A stretch of 64,000 nt of DNA from Tubulanus polymorphus (Eukaryota > Animalia > Nemertea). The stretch lies in contig NC_134028.1 in NCBI RefSeq assembly GCF_964204645.1, positions 16,933,653 through 16,997,652 on the forward strand, read 5' to 3'. Shown here one piece after another: positions 1-15,713 of this stretch. Each line of letters starts with the position of its first letter. Within the stretch, counting starts at the first letter, position 1. The translations under genes and the position numbers were made by a program. The notes under the pieces are model-generated. The model made no database searches. It saw only the letters and a program-made list of their open reading frames with translations, and was not told the DNA's origin.

Positions 1-239
1 CAAAAGTTCTGGTAATACTTCTGAATGTTTTCTTTTACCTATTGGCCAAGATTAATAGTACAGCCATGATTTGTCTTTAAATTGTTGCCTTTGTGGATTT
101 TTGATATTGAGATATAAAACAAGACAAGTTTTAAGTATGGCAATTCTGTATGTTGGCTGCATGAGACATATCAATCTGAGGTTGCACTGACACATGCCCA
201 TTAGAGAATAAACATTTACTCGTCAGACATTATACATAC

Positions 240-445
240 CACAGGAACTACTTTTTCGCCAAAGTAGATTTGGCGCGTTATAGTTGTATCTTATCTCATC
301 ACCGATGTTGATGTCACCTTTAGCCATTATTGCAAGACAAATGGTCTGCTTGTGTTCGACAGCAACTACCTTCGAATTTTCTGTCTCACGAGGCCAGGCG
401 TCGTTGACAAACTTCCCCAAACTATTGATATTCGTGGCATCAATA
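240..445 (-). CDS. SET-domain exon (PR-Set7/SETD8-like C-terminal half) of a minus-strand spliced gene that runs off the left edge
   Basis: Minus strand reads acceptor ttctttctcctag|, then IDATNINSLGKFVNDAWPRETENSKVVAVEHKQTICLAIMAKGDINIGDEIRYNYNAPNLLWRK, then donor |gtatgt. This matches SET motifs IDAT..G(R/K)xxN, A..DI..GEE(I/L)xYxY and a terminal WR. A degenerate upstream SET piece (GKRTSAKEAE) may lie at ~745-850. Confidence 0.8.
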
Positions 446-922
446 CTAGGAGAAAGAACTAATTTCGTTTAAGATATGTGGGGAAATTGTCAATTAAATA
501 ATTTACTTGACATAACTATAGGGCCAAAAATGTCATACAAAACAAGAAAAAATATTTATTCCGGGGTATATTGGTCAATGATTCTAAGGTTGGTAAGCTT
601 TTGTTATGATAAAACAAATAATACACGATGCTACGAACCTCTTAATAAATCGCTCATGGGCAAACTGGTTTACCTTCGAAACCGTAGCTTGTTTGGCAAT
701 GGCATTACCTGTAAAAACTATTTTGATTTCTTGAGTTCAAAGTTCTATTTTGTATTTAGGGTTTCTGCTTCTTTCGCACTTGTACGCTTTCCAGTGCGAT
801 ATGAACCAGTTAGGCAGAAACCCGTTATCACTGCTTTGCAGCTAGGCCTATATTTTATTTTATCTTTTTCAAAGAGTAATTTTGTAGTCAAATAAGGCCA
901 AAAACATACATACATTTTTTTA

Positions 923-1202
923 AGCCCAACGCACACGGCAAAACATTTGTTTCGCCGAAACAGAAAACACGTTTTTCGTAAAACGCTTTGCCCGCAAACG
1001 ATAAAACGTTCAACGCACATGTGACGAAAAACGTTTTCGACTACACAAAACGTTTTTCGCAAATCAAGCAGTGCTTGAATCGTGAAAAACGATTTTTGCT
1101 CGCGAAAATCGTTTTTCAGTTTGGCGTTTTGTGCTTTGCCTCCCCCGCACATGGCATAACAAAAAACATCGAAAACGTTTTCGGTGCCGTGTGCGTTGGG
1201 CT
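923..1202. mobile_element. PIF/Harbinger-type MITE (280 bp)
   Basis: 18-bp TIR AGCCCAACGCACACGGCA / TGCCGTGTGCGTTGGGCT, flanked by TTA on both sides (920-922, 1203-1205), with internal AAAACG/CGTTTT subrepeats. A 3-bp TWA TSD is typical of PIF/Harbinger. Confidence 0.8.
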
Positions 1203-3399
1203 TTACAGTCCATGTCCAAAATTTGGTAGGGTACAGGTAGGTAGGGAAACTATTTTATACTTTGAGAAAAATATTTTTCACGACAAATAAAAATATGTGA
1301 AAAATATTTAGATTAAAAATTCATATGATATCACCAATCAGAGGACGGCTGAATATTGAAATTTTTGGCAGCCTCTTCCAATGTAGGGCCGGAGAAGTTA
1401 CTGGTACCGCAAAATATCAGTGTATGTAAGTGGATCGTTTTAAACCCCGGATTTTACCTCTTAAATATTGAGCTCTACTTATACACCGAGAAAAACAATA
1501 GTTTGCTGCTTAGTATTAGGTCTCAAGAAATTACAATTTATTACAAATGGTACCAAATTTAAAACACAGTGCTCATCTTTAGCTAAAACAGTTTAAATGA
1601 TTATTCATGATAAATTATCATTACTTTATAAAAAAAATAACTTATATTTAAACACCACTCTAAACAATGCACGTGCGGTAGCAAGCAGCTTACAGTATCG
1701 CTATGTAAGTGTGTACACTGTCCGAGCTTGTGTGTGTGTAACACTAACAGTCTACTTATTGATTATAACTCCCACGCTTGAAGTGAATGTGAACATTTGC
1801 TCACACTTTTATGGTCAATGAAAACAAACTATGGGTATTAAATGAAACAATACCTATGGCGTATAAAAATATATTCTTACAAAAATATATTAGAAGTGTC
1901 TTTAAAATTGTATTCTGTCCAATGACGGATGGATGATGGAGAAAAAGTAAACAGGCAATGGCCTGCTGAGGTGTAAGTACCACATTAGGCTAAAACAAGC
2001 AGCAGTGGTCTTCTTAAATCGGAAATGCAACACCTTACAAACTTACATACCATAATTTGCGTTTCTTGAAATTGAAAAAATATAAAAACGATCCTAAATC
2101 GTTAGAATATGTTGAGAATCTTTTTTTCTCCTTCATCAAGGGAACATAGTTCACCATAGTACTCCAGGAGAAAATCCCCTTTACGGAATTTTCTTTTTGA
2201 GAAAATACCAAAACCTGAAATAATATAACATGGTCAATTTAAAACATCCACTGTTTAATTTAAACCAACCTTTGAGCAAATTATCGAGGAATGGTCATTA
2301 CTACGTTATCAACAATCATACGATTCCAAGACACCTCGCATGAATAAGAGCCCCAAGCAGCACTACGGCCAGCTGTTCATATTCGCTTTTCATAAATGAT
2401 GCATGTAGGTTATATTTATCAAAATACACTCCCCGCTCAATATAATTCATAAAGTACAATTGTTTTTATTAGTACCACAGACAGGAGGATGGCAGGAACG
2501 AATACCTTGGATCAATCTTGCAATTCGAGCACTTAGCTAATTAGCACATCATCTAGGCTATCTGTTTTGTGAAAAAGCACCATTATGTTTCTAAAATCAA
2601 TTTTTTCACTAAAAAGAGCTACGAGCACTATCAGTTAATAACCATGGGTTTATGTTCGCTCATTCAGCACCCCTTTTCAAACCATACAATCAGCTTTCAG
2701 TATAGAGATGTAACCTATAACTTTTGCCTTAAAAAAATCTATAGATCTTACCTATGTCAGCGCTAATCCATTTTTTTCGAACCATTGTGGATCTCTAAGA
2801 TGTTCCCGGTAGCAGATTACTGGTACTGTTTCCTTGAAAAACATTACAGGCCTAAATCATTATGGGATTACAACACATAGCGGCCACCACCTATTTCTTC
2901 CATATATTCGTGGAAACATGACATGGTGTGCTAAAGTCTGAGGGTGAGCTACACATTACTTGGTTTTCTAATTTTTGTCAGGAGGTATGCAGTTTTAAAA
3001 TCTGATGAGAACTAAAGCTAAGCTCAGGGTGACAAGAAATTTTCCGGTTGAAAAATTTGCAGAACGATCCAACAAGACGATTGGGTCATAAGTGGACCTG
3101 AGCTTACCTTAAGTAAGGCCTATCTTTGTAGGGACCTTGCACTATACAGGTCACATGTTCATCAAAAAGATACAATGTTAACACTAGACGCTTACTATTT
3201 CTTAAGCCTGACAAAAAGAACAACTAACTGGGTCATTGCAGTCAAATATGAACATCTATCTCATTAAAAGAATTCTTAAGATTCTTCATGGGCCTCTCTA
3301 AGGGTGTTAGAAAAGTGGTAAAGTTATATATTTGAATACATACCCCGACTTGACGTCTTCTGCTAGTTCGTTTCATTATCTGCAAAAAAATGCTCAGAT

Positions 3400-5495
3400 G
3401 AATGAGAGAATCAATAGTCCACCAGTAACAAACCTAAACAGTTTCTGTATATGGTATGCGATATAATTAACAACATGAAAATATTGGGTCTACCACACTG
3501 TGGGTTTACTGTGTAATAACTAATATATTATATAGGGCCTACAGTAGATTTCGACCGAATTCTTGGGCCATCGAACTGTGGCGTTCCTGTGTGTTAATAA
3601 CTAATTATTTTCATATAGGAGTTTCCCCTAACGCAGTAGGTTTCCTCAAAAATATCCCAAATGATAGATTTCAACCATATTCTTGAGTCTAACAAAATGA
3701 GCCTTATCAACTTCCTTATGAATAATTAAACGACAGTAATTCATCTCTTATGATGACTTGGTCTCCGAGCATAAAAAAAAATAGATTGAAATAAATGTTC
3801 ACCTCGATTATTAAAATCAAAATGGTAGTTGATAAACCAAAATATGCACCATGCAAAAACATACACACAAACAATGATTGCTAAGAATTCCTGTGTGTCT
3901 GGCATGTTTCACCCTGGAATAGAAATAACTGAAACTATACTAGTATATGAATAAGTTGGAGCCTTTACAATTTTTCTCCAATGGCTGCATTTAAATTTTT
4001 TTCTAGAATGGCCAGGGTATTAATTAGTACAGTTTATCGTCAGAAGAGGATAAGGAATGATTAGAGTTAAATAGGGAAAATCAAATTTCAAATAAAGGAA
4101 ATGGAGTTAGGTCAGACTCTATAGCCAGAATCAACAGTCCACCAATAACAAACCTAAGTTCAGAAACTGTGTAGGTATATGGCATCTGATATATTTAACC
4201 ACATATATGAAAATATTGGGTCTACCACATTGTGGGTTTACTGAGTAATTACTGATATATTTCACATGCTCAATTCCCCTCAAACTGTTCCCATAAAAAT
4301 ATTCCATTTAGTAAATTTGAACCAAATTCTTGGGTCTTATTTAAGGAGCCTTATTAACTTGCTAGTGAATAATTAAACGAGACAGATAGTAGGCTTATTG
4401 ATTGGTTAACCCATTTGTCTAGAGAATGAACACTACATGTCCATACAAGCTTTGTGGCTATTGCTCAGTGAACAGTGATTCATCTCTTACGATGACTTGG
4501 TCTCCCAGCATAAAAATAGATTGAAATAAATGTACCTCGGTTATTAAAATGGTGATTGATACACCAAAATATGCACCATACAAAAACACACACACAAACA
4601 ATAATAGCAAAGAATTCCTGTGTGTCTGGCATGTTTCTACCTAGAAAAGAAACAACTGAAACTACACTAGTAGGCCTACATGAATAAGTTTAAGGCTTTT
4701 CAGATATTTCTCCAATGTCTTCATTTCAATTTTTTCTAGAACGGCCAGTGTAATAGCCCTCTGATACAGTGCAGGAAGAGGATAAGGAATACTTGGAGTT
4801 AAATATGAACTGTACAATTGAAAATAAGGAAAATGGATTTAGAGATACAGGTCACACTCTATAGCCAGAATCAAAGTAGTCCACCAATAACAAACCTAAA
4901 CAGATACTATTGAAGTATTTGGCATGCAACATATTCAACGACATATCTGAAAATATTGGGTCTACCGCACTGTGGGTTTACTGTGTAATTCCTAATATAT
5001 TTCAATAATAGTCAGAACAAACCTAAACAGATACTAATGAAGTATAGGCCTATGGCATGCAACATATTTAAAGAAAAATCTGAAAAAATTGGGTCTACCG
5101 CACTGTGGGTTTACTGTGTAATTCCTAATATATTTCAATAATAGCCAGAATCAATAGTCAACCAATAACAAACCTAAACAGATACTAATGAAGTATAGGC
5201 CTATGACATGCAACATAGGCCTATTTAACAACATATATGTGAAAATATTGGGTCTACCGCACTATGGGTTTACTGTGTAATTCCTAATATATTTCAATAG
5301 GCCTTATAGCCAAAGTCATTAGTCCACCAATAACAAACCGAAACAGATACTAATGAAGTATCGGCCTATGACATGCAACATAGGCCATATTTAACAACAT
5401 ATGTGAAAATATTGGGTCTACCGCACTATGGGTTTACTGTGTAATTACTAATATATTTCAATAATAGCCAGAATCAATAGTCCACCAATAACAAT
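3400..5495. repeat. Local tandem repeats: a diverged ~730-bp duplication followed by ~5 units of ~110-140 bp
   Basis: Recurring TAGTCCACCAATAACAAACCTAA...AAATATTGGGTCTACC(A/G)CACTGTGGGTTTACTGTGTAAT, with the ATTGGGTC core near 3480, 4215, 4955, 5090, 5250 and 5410. Confidence 0.85.
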
Positions 5496-6012
5496 GGACA
5501 CCAAAAAAATCATACAGCCGCCATCTTGTGTCCAATCGACCCTATTTTTCTTATGCTAATGTACCATGGTGGATACAAACATGTGAAAGATCAAGATAAT
5601 TGATTAAAGAATTTTCAAAATTTCCCATGAAAAACTTGTGTAGGCCTATACTGATTTTGATGAGCACCAATGGCTGCCAGTCTGCCATCTTGATTTGGAT
5701 CAGGTCAGTATTCGGGCTGAAGATGTTAGGGTAGATACATGTATAAATCAAAGATCAAGACAATCCATTAAAGCGTCTTCAAAACTTCCCAAAATAACCA
5801 GATTCCAATGGACGAAAAGATGTATCTAGGGTAGATACATGTATAAATGTGACGCAAAAACACACAGCCTGATAGCTGGGAAATCCCCATAAAAACCAAT
5901 GTTGGCTACCTAGCAACAAAGACCTGTGAAACAATGAGGTAACCTGTGTCATAGGCCGTCGTTATTGGTTGCAATTACGTCACAATACAATATACAATAG
6001 GCCTATTTCTGT

Positions 6013-7283
6013 AACTAGGGGTCCAGGACACCATGCCTACTTGGGAAGTGGTCCCAAATGCTCAACAATCTAACAATTTCAATATTCAACACCCCCTGGT
6101 GACCATAACAAAAACCAATGACCTTGAAACACCACAATCATAGAACATGTCAGCAGCTACGATTTTGTAGGCCTAATTGATGTGATAACAAAATATGCCT
6201 CGTTACCAATTTAATATCGAAATACTAAATTATTCTACTATTCAACGCCCCCTGGTCACCATATTCAAAACCCAATGACCTCGAAACTCACCACAATCAT
6301 AGAATATGTCACTACATGAACTACAACTTAGCAATTGATCATGGTAACAAATTATGCCTAGGTACCAATATAACAAGGAAATACTAAGTTATTCTACTAT
6401 TAAACGCCCCCTGGTGACCATATAGAATAACTTATGACCTTAAAACTCGCAACAATCATAGATGATGTCATGAGCTACAACTTTCCAATTGATTGTGGTT
6501 TCAAAATATGCATAGGTACGAATATTGAAGAAATGCTAAGATATTGTATTATTCAACGCACCCTGGTGGCCATATACAAAATCCATTTACCTTGAAACTC
6601 ACCACAATCATAGAACACGCTATGAGCTACAACTTTCTCATTGATTGTGGTCGCAAAATACGCTTAGATATCAATATAATGCCGAAAAACTTTTTCCCAC
6701 TTACGAATGAGTACTGGTGACACCAAGATGGCCGCCAATTGCGTTATAATCGGCTGATGAAAAATACCTGTCGCAGGTATAAAACATCCCTTTCCAAAGA
6801 ATACCCATCACAAATTGCAATGAGAAATGGCAAACCAGTAGGAAGCTACAGGACTCAGAATTCGAGCCAAAATTGACATTTTTGGGCACTAAAAAGGTCA
6901 TAAGACGGCCATCTTTAGTCCGATCGACCCAATTTTTGTTATGCTGATGGGCCCTGGGAGGATTCACATATATCCAAAAGATCAAGGTAATTGATCAAAG
7001 CGTCTTCAAAATTTCCCTCAAAAAGTTCAAAAATGTGTAAAAAGTGCCGATTTTGGCAAACAACAATAGCTGCCAGTCGGCCATCTTGATTCTGACGGCC
7101 AGTTTTTGGGCTGAAGATGTGTCTAGAGTAGATTCATGTGTAACCCAAATATCAAGACGTTACCTTGAAGCGTCTTCAAAACTTCCCAAAATAACTGGAT
7201 TCCGTCTACGGACGGATGGGCGACGGACGAAAAGTGAACGCAATAGCCCGCTGGGACGACGTAAGTCCCAAGTGGGCTAAAAA
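6013..7283. mobile_element. Non-autonomous Helentron-like (HINE/DINE-1-type) element with internal ~165-bp tandem repeats
   Basis: Starts AACTAGGGGTCCAGGACACCATGCC and has four CAAC(G)CCCCCTGGTGACCATA...CACAATCATAGA units (6085-6660) and GGCCATCTT motifs. Ends in the stem-loop TAGCCCGCTGGGAC..GTCCCAAGTGGGCTA plus an A-run. Homologous copies start near 31710, 34280, 37845, 41405 and 52899. The family call rests on structure only. Confidence 0.6.
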
Positions 7284-7386
7284 GGAGTTAACAACACCCA
7301 CAAACTACTCAACTTCAGTTGCTTAATAGGCCTACATCGTTATTCCATCCAATTTCGATAATCAGTCTGAAAACAACCCTTCGCTG

Positions 7387-7672
7387 TTCTGATTGGTCGA
7401 TAGATATATATCAAATCTGATTGGTCGAATCATACATATCGTTTCCAGAGTTTACCACCAGAGGGGTGTTGTGTCGCTACTCCACGACCCAATATCCATT
7501 TTTGCCACATACGATATATTAACGTTGGGGTGCTAACCACGTCAGCTTAATAATTGGGGCCAAAATTATTGGGTCCCAGTCCCAATAAACAGAAAATGAC
7601 CCAATACGACAGAGTGGACCCAATACTCCGAGTCTCAGGATCACGCATGTCCCGATAAGTTGGCGTTTATAA

Positions 7673-7675
<3 letters not shown>
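7387..7675 (-). promoter_or_regulatory. Right-terminal segment of the putative giant element (copy 1), with tandem CCAAT boxes and GACCCAAT motifs
   Basis: TCTGATTGGTCGA occurs twice (CCAAT on minus). 7387-7589 is highly similar to 59248-59414 apart from one ~35-bp indel. GACCCAAT/ATTGGGTC at ~7486, 7568, 7598 and 7617. Abuts (TA)n. Confidence 0.6.
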
Positions 7676-10570
<2,895 letters not shown>

Positions 10571-11411
10571 AATTATGAGATATATGTATAATCCAGAGAC
10601 AAAGAGACTAATTCAAGTAATCAGAGATGATACAATTTAAAGGACAATTAACGTAGAAACAGTTAGGCCTACACACTAAATAGCTTCGAGGGGAAACGCA
10701 GAGCTTGTATTTCCAAATCCAAGAAAGTGATCGCAGAGCCACTTTTTCAGCATCACACTCCTGAAGGAATTTAATAATAGCATTTCTCATAATTTCGGAA
10801 GCTAGCGACGAGATACGGGGAACGTGGGGAAGAAGAATTTTAATACGATACTTCGATCCCTGGGTAGCATGATCACGATTGTTACAGTCCAAAAATGTAA
10901 CAAGTGAACATGGAAATACCGAGAATATCTACTTTGATAGAACAAACAGTTTAGTATGACTGATACCGTTGCACACATTAATAAGTCTTTTTTCTAGAGC
11001 AAATCCATAAACGCTTTTTTGGGTCCAAACTCTCGATATAATGAGTGCACTGCGACTCCCTATAACAGAGGTGTGATGAAATGGGCGAAACATTATGACC
11101 TCGATCTATTACCAGTCAACTTAAAATTTTTGTCAAATTTTAGTTGAAGTGTGATATTAATTTGAAGGTAGTTTTGTCACTTGGAAGACTTTGTTCCTTA
11201 AATGTTATCTTCAAGTAGCATTTACATTTCAAAACTCCATCATACCGGTAAAGATAATAATCCAATATAGCCTATACTTAGTCCTATTTGATATTGTTTG
11301 AAAAGTTGATATTGTTATCTTCTACAATCCGTTTTCAACAGAAGAACGGTACGCACCAATATTTGAAATGGATGATACGGCCGGCGACCGGGGTACGTAC
11401 GTAGTCATGTA

Positions 11412-11412
<1 letters not shown>

Positions 11413-11479
<67 letters not shown>
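11413..11479. repeat. (TA)n followed by poly-T
   Basis: Direct reading. Confidence 0.97.
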
Positions 11480-12949
11480 AAGCATCTCGAAATGAAAATA
11501 AAAATAGCTTTTCAATGTTACATGCGGAAATGGTTTTTATTTCGAAAATACATATTCATGTTGAAATATAAACTGTCAACCCTCATTTCCAATAAAAACA
11601 TGCTGATGGTTTTTATTTCATCTCATGGTATTCAATCACGTTCATGAAAAATTAAACATATGTTTTAAAACATCGGGCCAATGAGCCTTAATTGGTTCTT
11701 GTAATAGGTTAGGGCCCTATTTTAGTAACTGTTCTTCATTGGCTAATCCAAGCCAGGGATCATAACCATATAATTATCTACTATCTATTTTGTACTGGCA
11801 ATGCAAGTTGAATAAATCTGTCTATAGCAGTAAACTTCTTTTGTGTAATTTATAATTTGTGTGTTCTCATCATTAACGTTTATGTATTATGGACGCTGAC
11901 GCAGATTTTAATGGTTTAAAATATTATCTGTATTTAGTTAAAGGCCTAGTACTTAGAGGATCCTTGGACTACGAATTAACAAACCATCGACTCCCGAGTG
12001 TCCTTGAACTAAATTGTAACTTCGTTTGAAGTTCATAAGCTAACATCCCACGTATAGTCATAGTCACTCTAAAAACTATTCTCTTCGTTTTTGATTCCAT
12101 GGTATAATTCAGTGTAAGTCGTCTGCAATGCCACTACAGAAAACATAGCGTTATGGGATTGGTCTTATAAAGGATTATATCTTTATCGATTTGAGTTTGA
12201 TTGAGCAAATTTGTCCTCTGAAGTGTTGGCATTGAGCGATGGTGATGGCGTTATAACGGACTTTGACTGTATTCAACCACATTATCCGTCTTTTTATGCA
12301 CTTTTCCTTAAATAAGAACATTCCATGATCCGAAATTCAGCCACTTGAAATCCTTCCACTACAAACATCAAAATATAATTAACATAAGACATAATTACCA
12401 TATAAAAAGCTTTATTACGAAAAAATGAATTTTAGAGAAAATATAATTGTACAAAGTGAATGACATACAAAAAGATTCCTTTCCATCAAAATTACAATTA
12501 TGTGTATATAGACATGTACAATTTACTGAGTTGTAACCCTGTTAGCCTCTGATCATCGGTTACCTTAGATGAATTTTTACATGCCAATAGAACTTGTGAA
12601 ATTGATAGCTTCTCCGGTTACCCAGCGATTTGCTCGAGAAAATTAAGAGGTCCTGTGAGATGCGAGGTAAGCAGAGTTCAATGTATTTGGCTTAATCGTA
12701 GTTAGTTGACAAGTGACAATTACAATAAAGGTTACAAACACATACTCCATGTGCAGTGTTGATGTATAGACCCAGAACATTAAGAGTAGTTAGATATTAC
12801 AATAATCAATTTACATCATTTTCTGTGCCTTTCTACAATTAGTCAAAACATAAGGCCCTATTGAAAGTAAAGCTACTATACCAAGTTAATTGACTGTTTC
12901 GAACGTCAAGACTTGCTTATCTCTTGGCACCAATGCTACTTGAAGGTTC

Positions 12950-14429
12950 AATGCATAGCGACCATACAGGAAATTATTTAATACAGTTTGAAAAACGGAT
13001 TCTGCGAACATATGCGAAGAATAACTTCATGCTTTTCATTTTCAATCAATGTATCTTCATCAGTTAATTCCGTTGGAGACAATTTAGAAAGAAACTTTCG
13101 ACACATATAATTTAGGTGTTCTCGGGCTTCAGTCATTTCCTTATGCTAAGCGCAATCATTATCACAGAGAAGGACTCGGTTTTGCCGTTTAAGACAAACT
13201 TATCTTTTATCACTAAGGTCTGGGGCACATACATCTTGGATATGAAGGTTCTTCAATGACAGACCAATGTGTGTACCATCACAGGCCAAAACCTTGGGGG
13301 CATGTTTACACCAAGGATCAACATTTGCACAGAAATCAACATTATATGCTGCCATCCATGCAAAAACCCATTTAACAAATGTAGTTTTCGACATAATGGG
13401 GCGCTAAAAGGAAATGCTGATCTTTAAACACGAGTCATGTCACTAACATAAGCAGTAAAAAAGTTTTGAGGTTAATGACTCGGTTGATAAAATCAAAACC
13501 AACCTCCAAACTGCAGCTTGTTGCTTTAGTCCAGAAGAATTTACCGACTTCCTGACCAGTATATAACCGTTCACATTTTCCTTTTTCGCACTTCCATTTG
13601 TAAACATCAGCCTTGATAGGAACCCGAAATAAAACATTGATATCCAAAGTACAATAACATCAAATATTTCAACAGCAAACTTTCATTATAAAATCATTTT
13701 TACATTAAAACATATTGACAACTTTATTGAAAAGATGTTCATTGCGTTCTTTGTTAGAATACCTATTAAGACAATGGGCACCCATAAATATACATGAATA
13801 TCATATGATGCATCATCAAATAAAGAAACAATACGATCATTACACAAGGGCACTGAATTCAACAATTTAGCTTCGACAGGACATTGAGATACCGCTGCTT
13901 GATACAAGATTTTAAATAAAAAATGCTCGTAAATAGATGGCACATTGAGCCTCATGTTTTCTACTGAACTAAATTCACGTTGCAATATGCCAGTTGCAAA
14001 ACCAGAGGTAATTGTGTGACGTTGTTTTGATGAGGGCTCAGGATCATATGACGTTGCATATTCAGGGTCTTCAAAGTCAGACAAATAAAAATTAATAAGA
14101 GGATCACGGTCGTCAAAATATGAATGAATAGTGAAATATATGAATCGGTTGCGGACTGAAGTAGGAAGGTATTTAGGTTTTCCATCCTCTTCTTGGGGAG
14201 CTAAATAAGACAGTTGTTGTCCCAAATTCGAATGACAAGAATTATCACAAACAATCTTGGATCCAACTCTTGGGTACGATCCCCAGTGATAGTTTGGAAG
14301 CTCTCCAAGACGAGTCAAATTTGGACGGAGTAAGTTATGCCGCACATCATCTACTTCCATAGTTGTGGTTCCAGATAGCTGAAACTGAAGAAGCTTCTCT
14401 TCGATATCTTGCTGTTCAGTCGTGCTCAT
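12950..14429 (-). pseudogene. Degenerate KDZ (Kyakuja-Dileera-Zisupton)/HMGXB3-like transposase, N-terminal cysteine-cluster part
   Basis: Consecutive frameshifted minus-strand ORFs 13686-14429, 13435-13647 (WKCEKGKCERLYTGQEVGKFFW..CSLEVGFDF) and 13200-13394 (FVKWVFAW...DFC...PWCKHAPKVLACDGTHIG). The C..P.VLACDGT motif resembles KDZ proteins. The later catalytic motifs could not be found. Confidence 0.55.
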
Positions 14430-15001
14430 ACCCCATGCGAAGGTAAATCTTTAAAAAAGGCAAATCAATTAACGGAAAAATTTTAAAGAATGAATCAAGT
14501 GTTTGCAACAAAATATAGGTTCTTAATTATTTACCTTTTATCGGGCTCATTTGCTTTTGAATTCTTTTTCACAACTTGGGTAAAAAGAGGCCGAACACAT
14601 GATGATTCACATGTTATAGTGAACTCTGAAATATAAGGCAGTGTTATAAACAGTATGCCTATACAAACTATGTCTATTACGCAATCACTCAGTATTACAT
14701 ACATGTTAATGCTTCTTCAGCTCGGTCAATTTTCGTTTAAATGTTTGTGCAGCCCTGTTTCTGCCAGTACCTTCTAAACAGCAAAAATGCACATGTCTCA
14801 TACATGTGATGGAATATGTCCATCAGTCGTCTTCTATGTTGTTACTGGAGGGTGCTGCCCTCTCTCGCTTGAAAAATACAGAACAATAGGTGATTGTGTT
14901 AATATCTTTTGTCCGCCTTTTTACTGGTTTTTGGGCTCTCAGAGTCGATATTTGGAGGAAACTTCTACTGTAGAACAGGCAGAATAGGACCTCGTTACAT
15001 C

Positions 15002-15022
15002 TGGTGGCAGCGTAGTGGGATT
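15002..15022 (+). promoter_or_regulatory. Gypsy primer-binding site, tRNA-Leu type
   Basis: TGGTGGCAGCG(TA)GTGGGATT lies 2 nt after ...TTACA and is complementary to the 3' end ...AATCCCACCGCTGCCACCA of metazoan tRNA-Leu. Confidence 0.8.
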
Positions 15023-15713
15023 TGATCGTGAAAAAACCAGTTGAAATTGAGTTGAAGCGGTGAACACGTTTTTCTCTGTTTAGTCTGTGTAAATTACGGT
15101 TACTTTTTGTGTGTACTTAACGTATTTTTGGTTTACCTTTGTCAGCAGTATGAGGTGGGCATTGAGCCAATTCATGTAAAATCGCGGTACATTTTTTTAT
15201 GTGAGCATTTTTTTCATTGGTTCTCGGATTAAACGACGTATAATCGATGCGATTGAAGACATGACGAACCTACGTCGATGACATGGTCAACTCTGTTTAA
15301 ATTCGACGAAAAACTGTTTTTGGCGGGAAAATGCTTAGCTCATGCGTATAAAATTGCAATGACCTCGATTGGGGGGCGTCGTCTCTACGAGCGAATGTGA
15401 TTGGCTGTTTTTGGGATATACGGGGAATTCCTAAAACAATTATGGGGAAGCCATTTATGGCGAACTTTTCATTGGACTAAGTCCGAATTTTAAATGCTCA
15501 TTGCCGGTGAGAATATAATTATTTCACATATCGCCGGTTCGGCTAGCTAACGACTCGGATGAGGCTTGTAGAGTCGACAGGGGCCAAACTATTGGTCTAT
15601 CCTGCCCCCTACAGTCAGTTGACATCATGACTGTCGACGACCATGCTCAAAACCGTCAACTCCAAAAATCCAGCTGCAGGGTGGTGACAATACTGAATTC
15701 ATGGACCTCTTGA

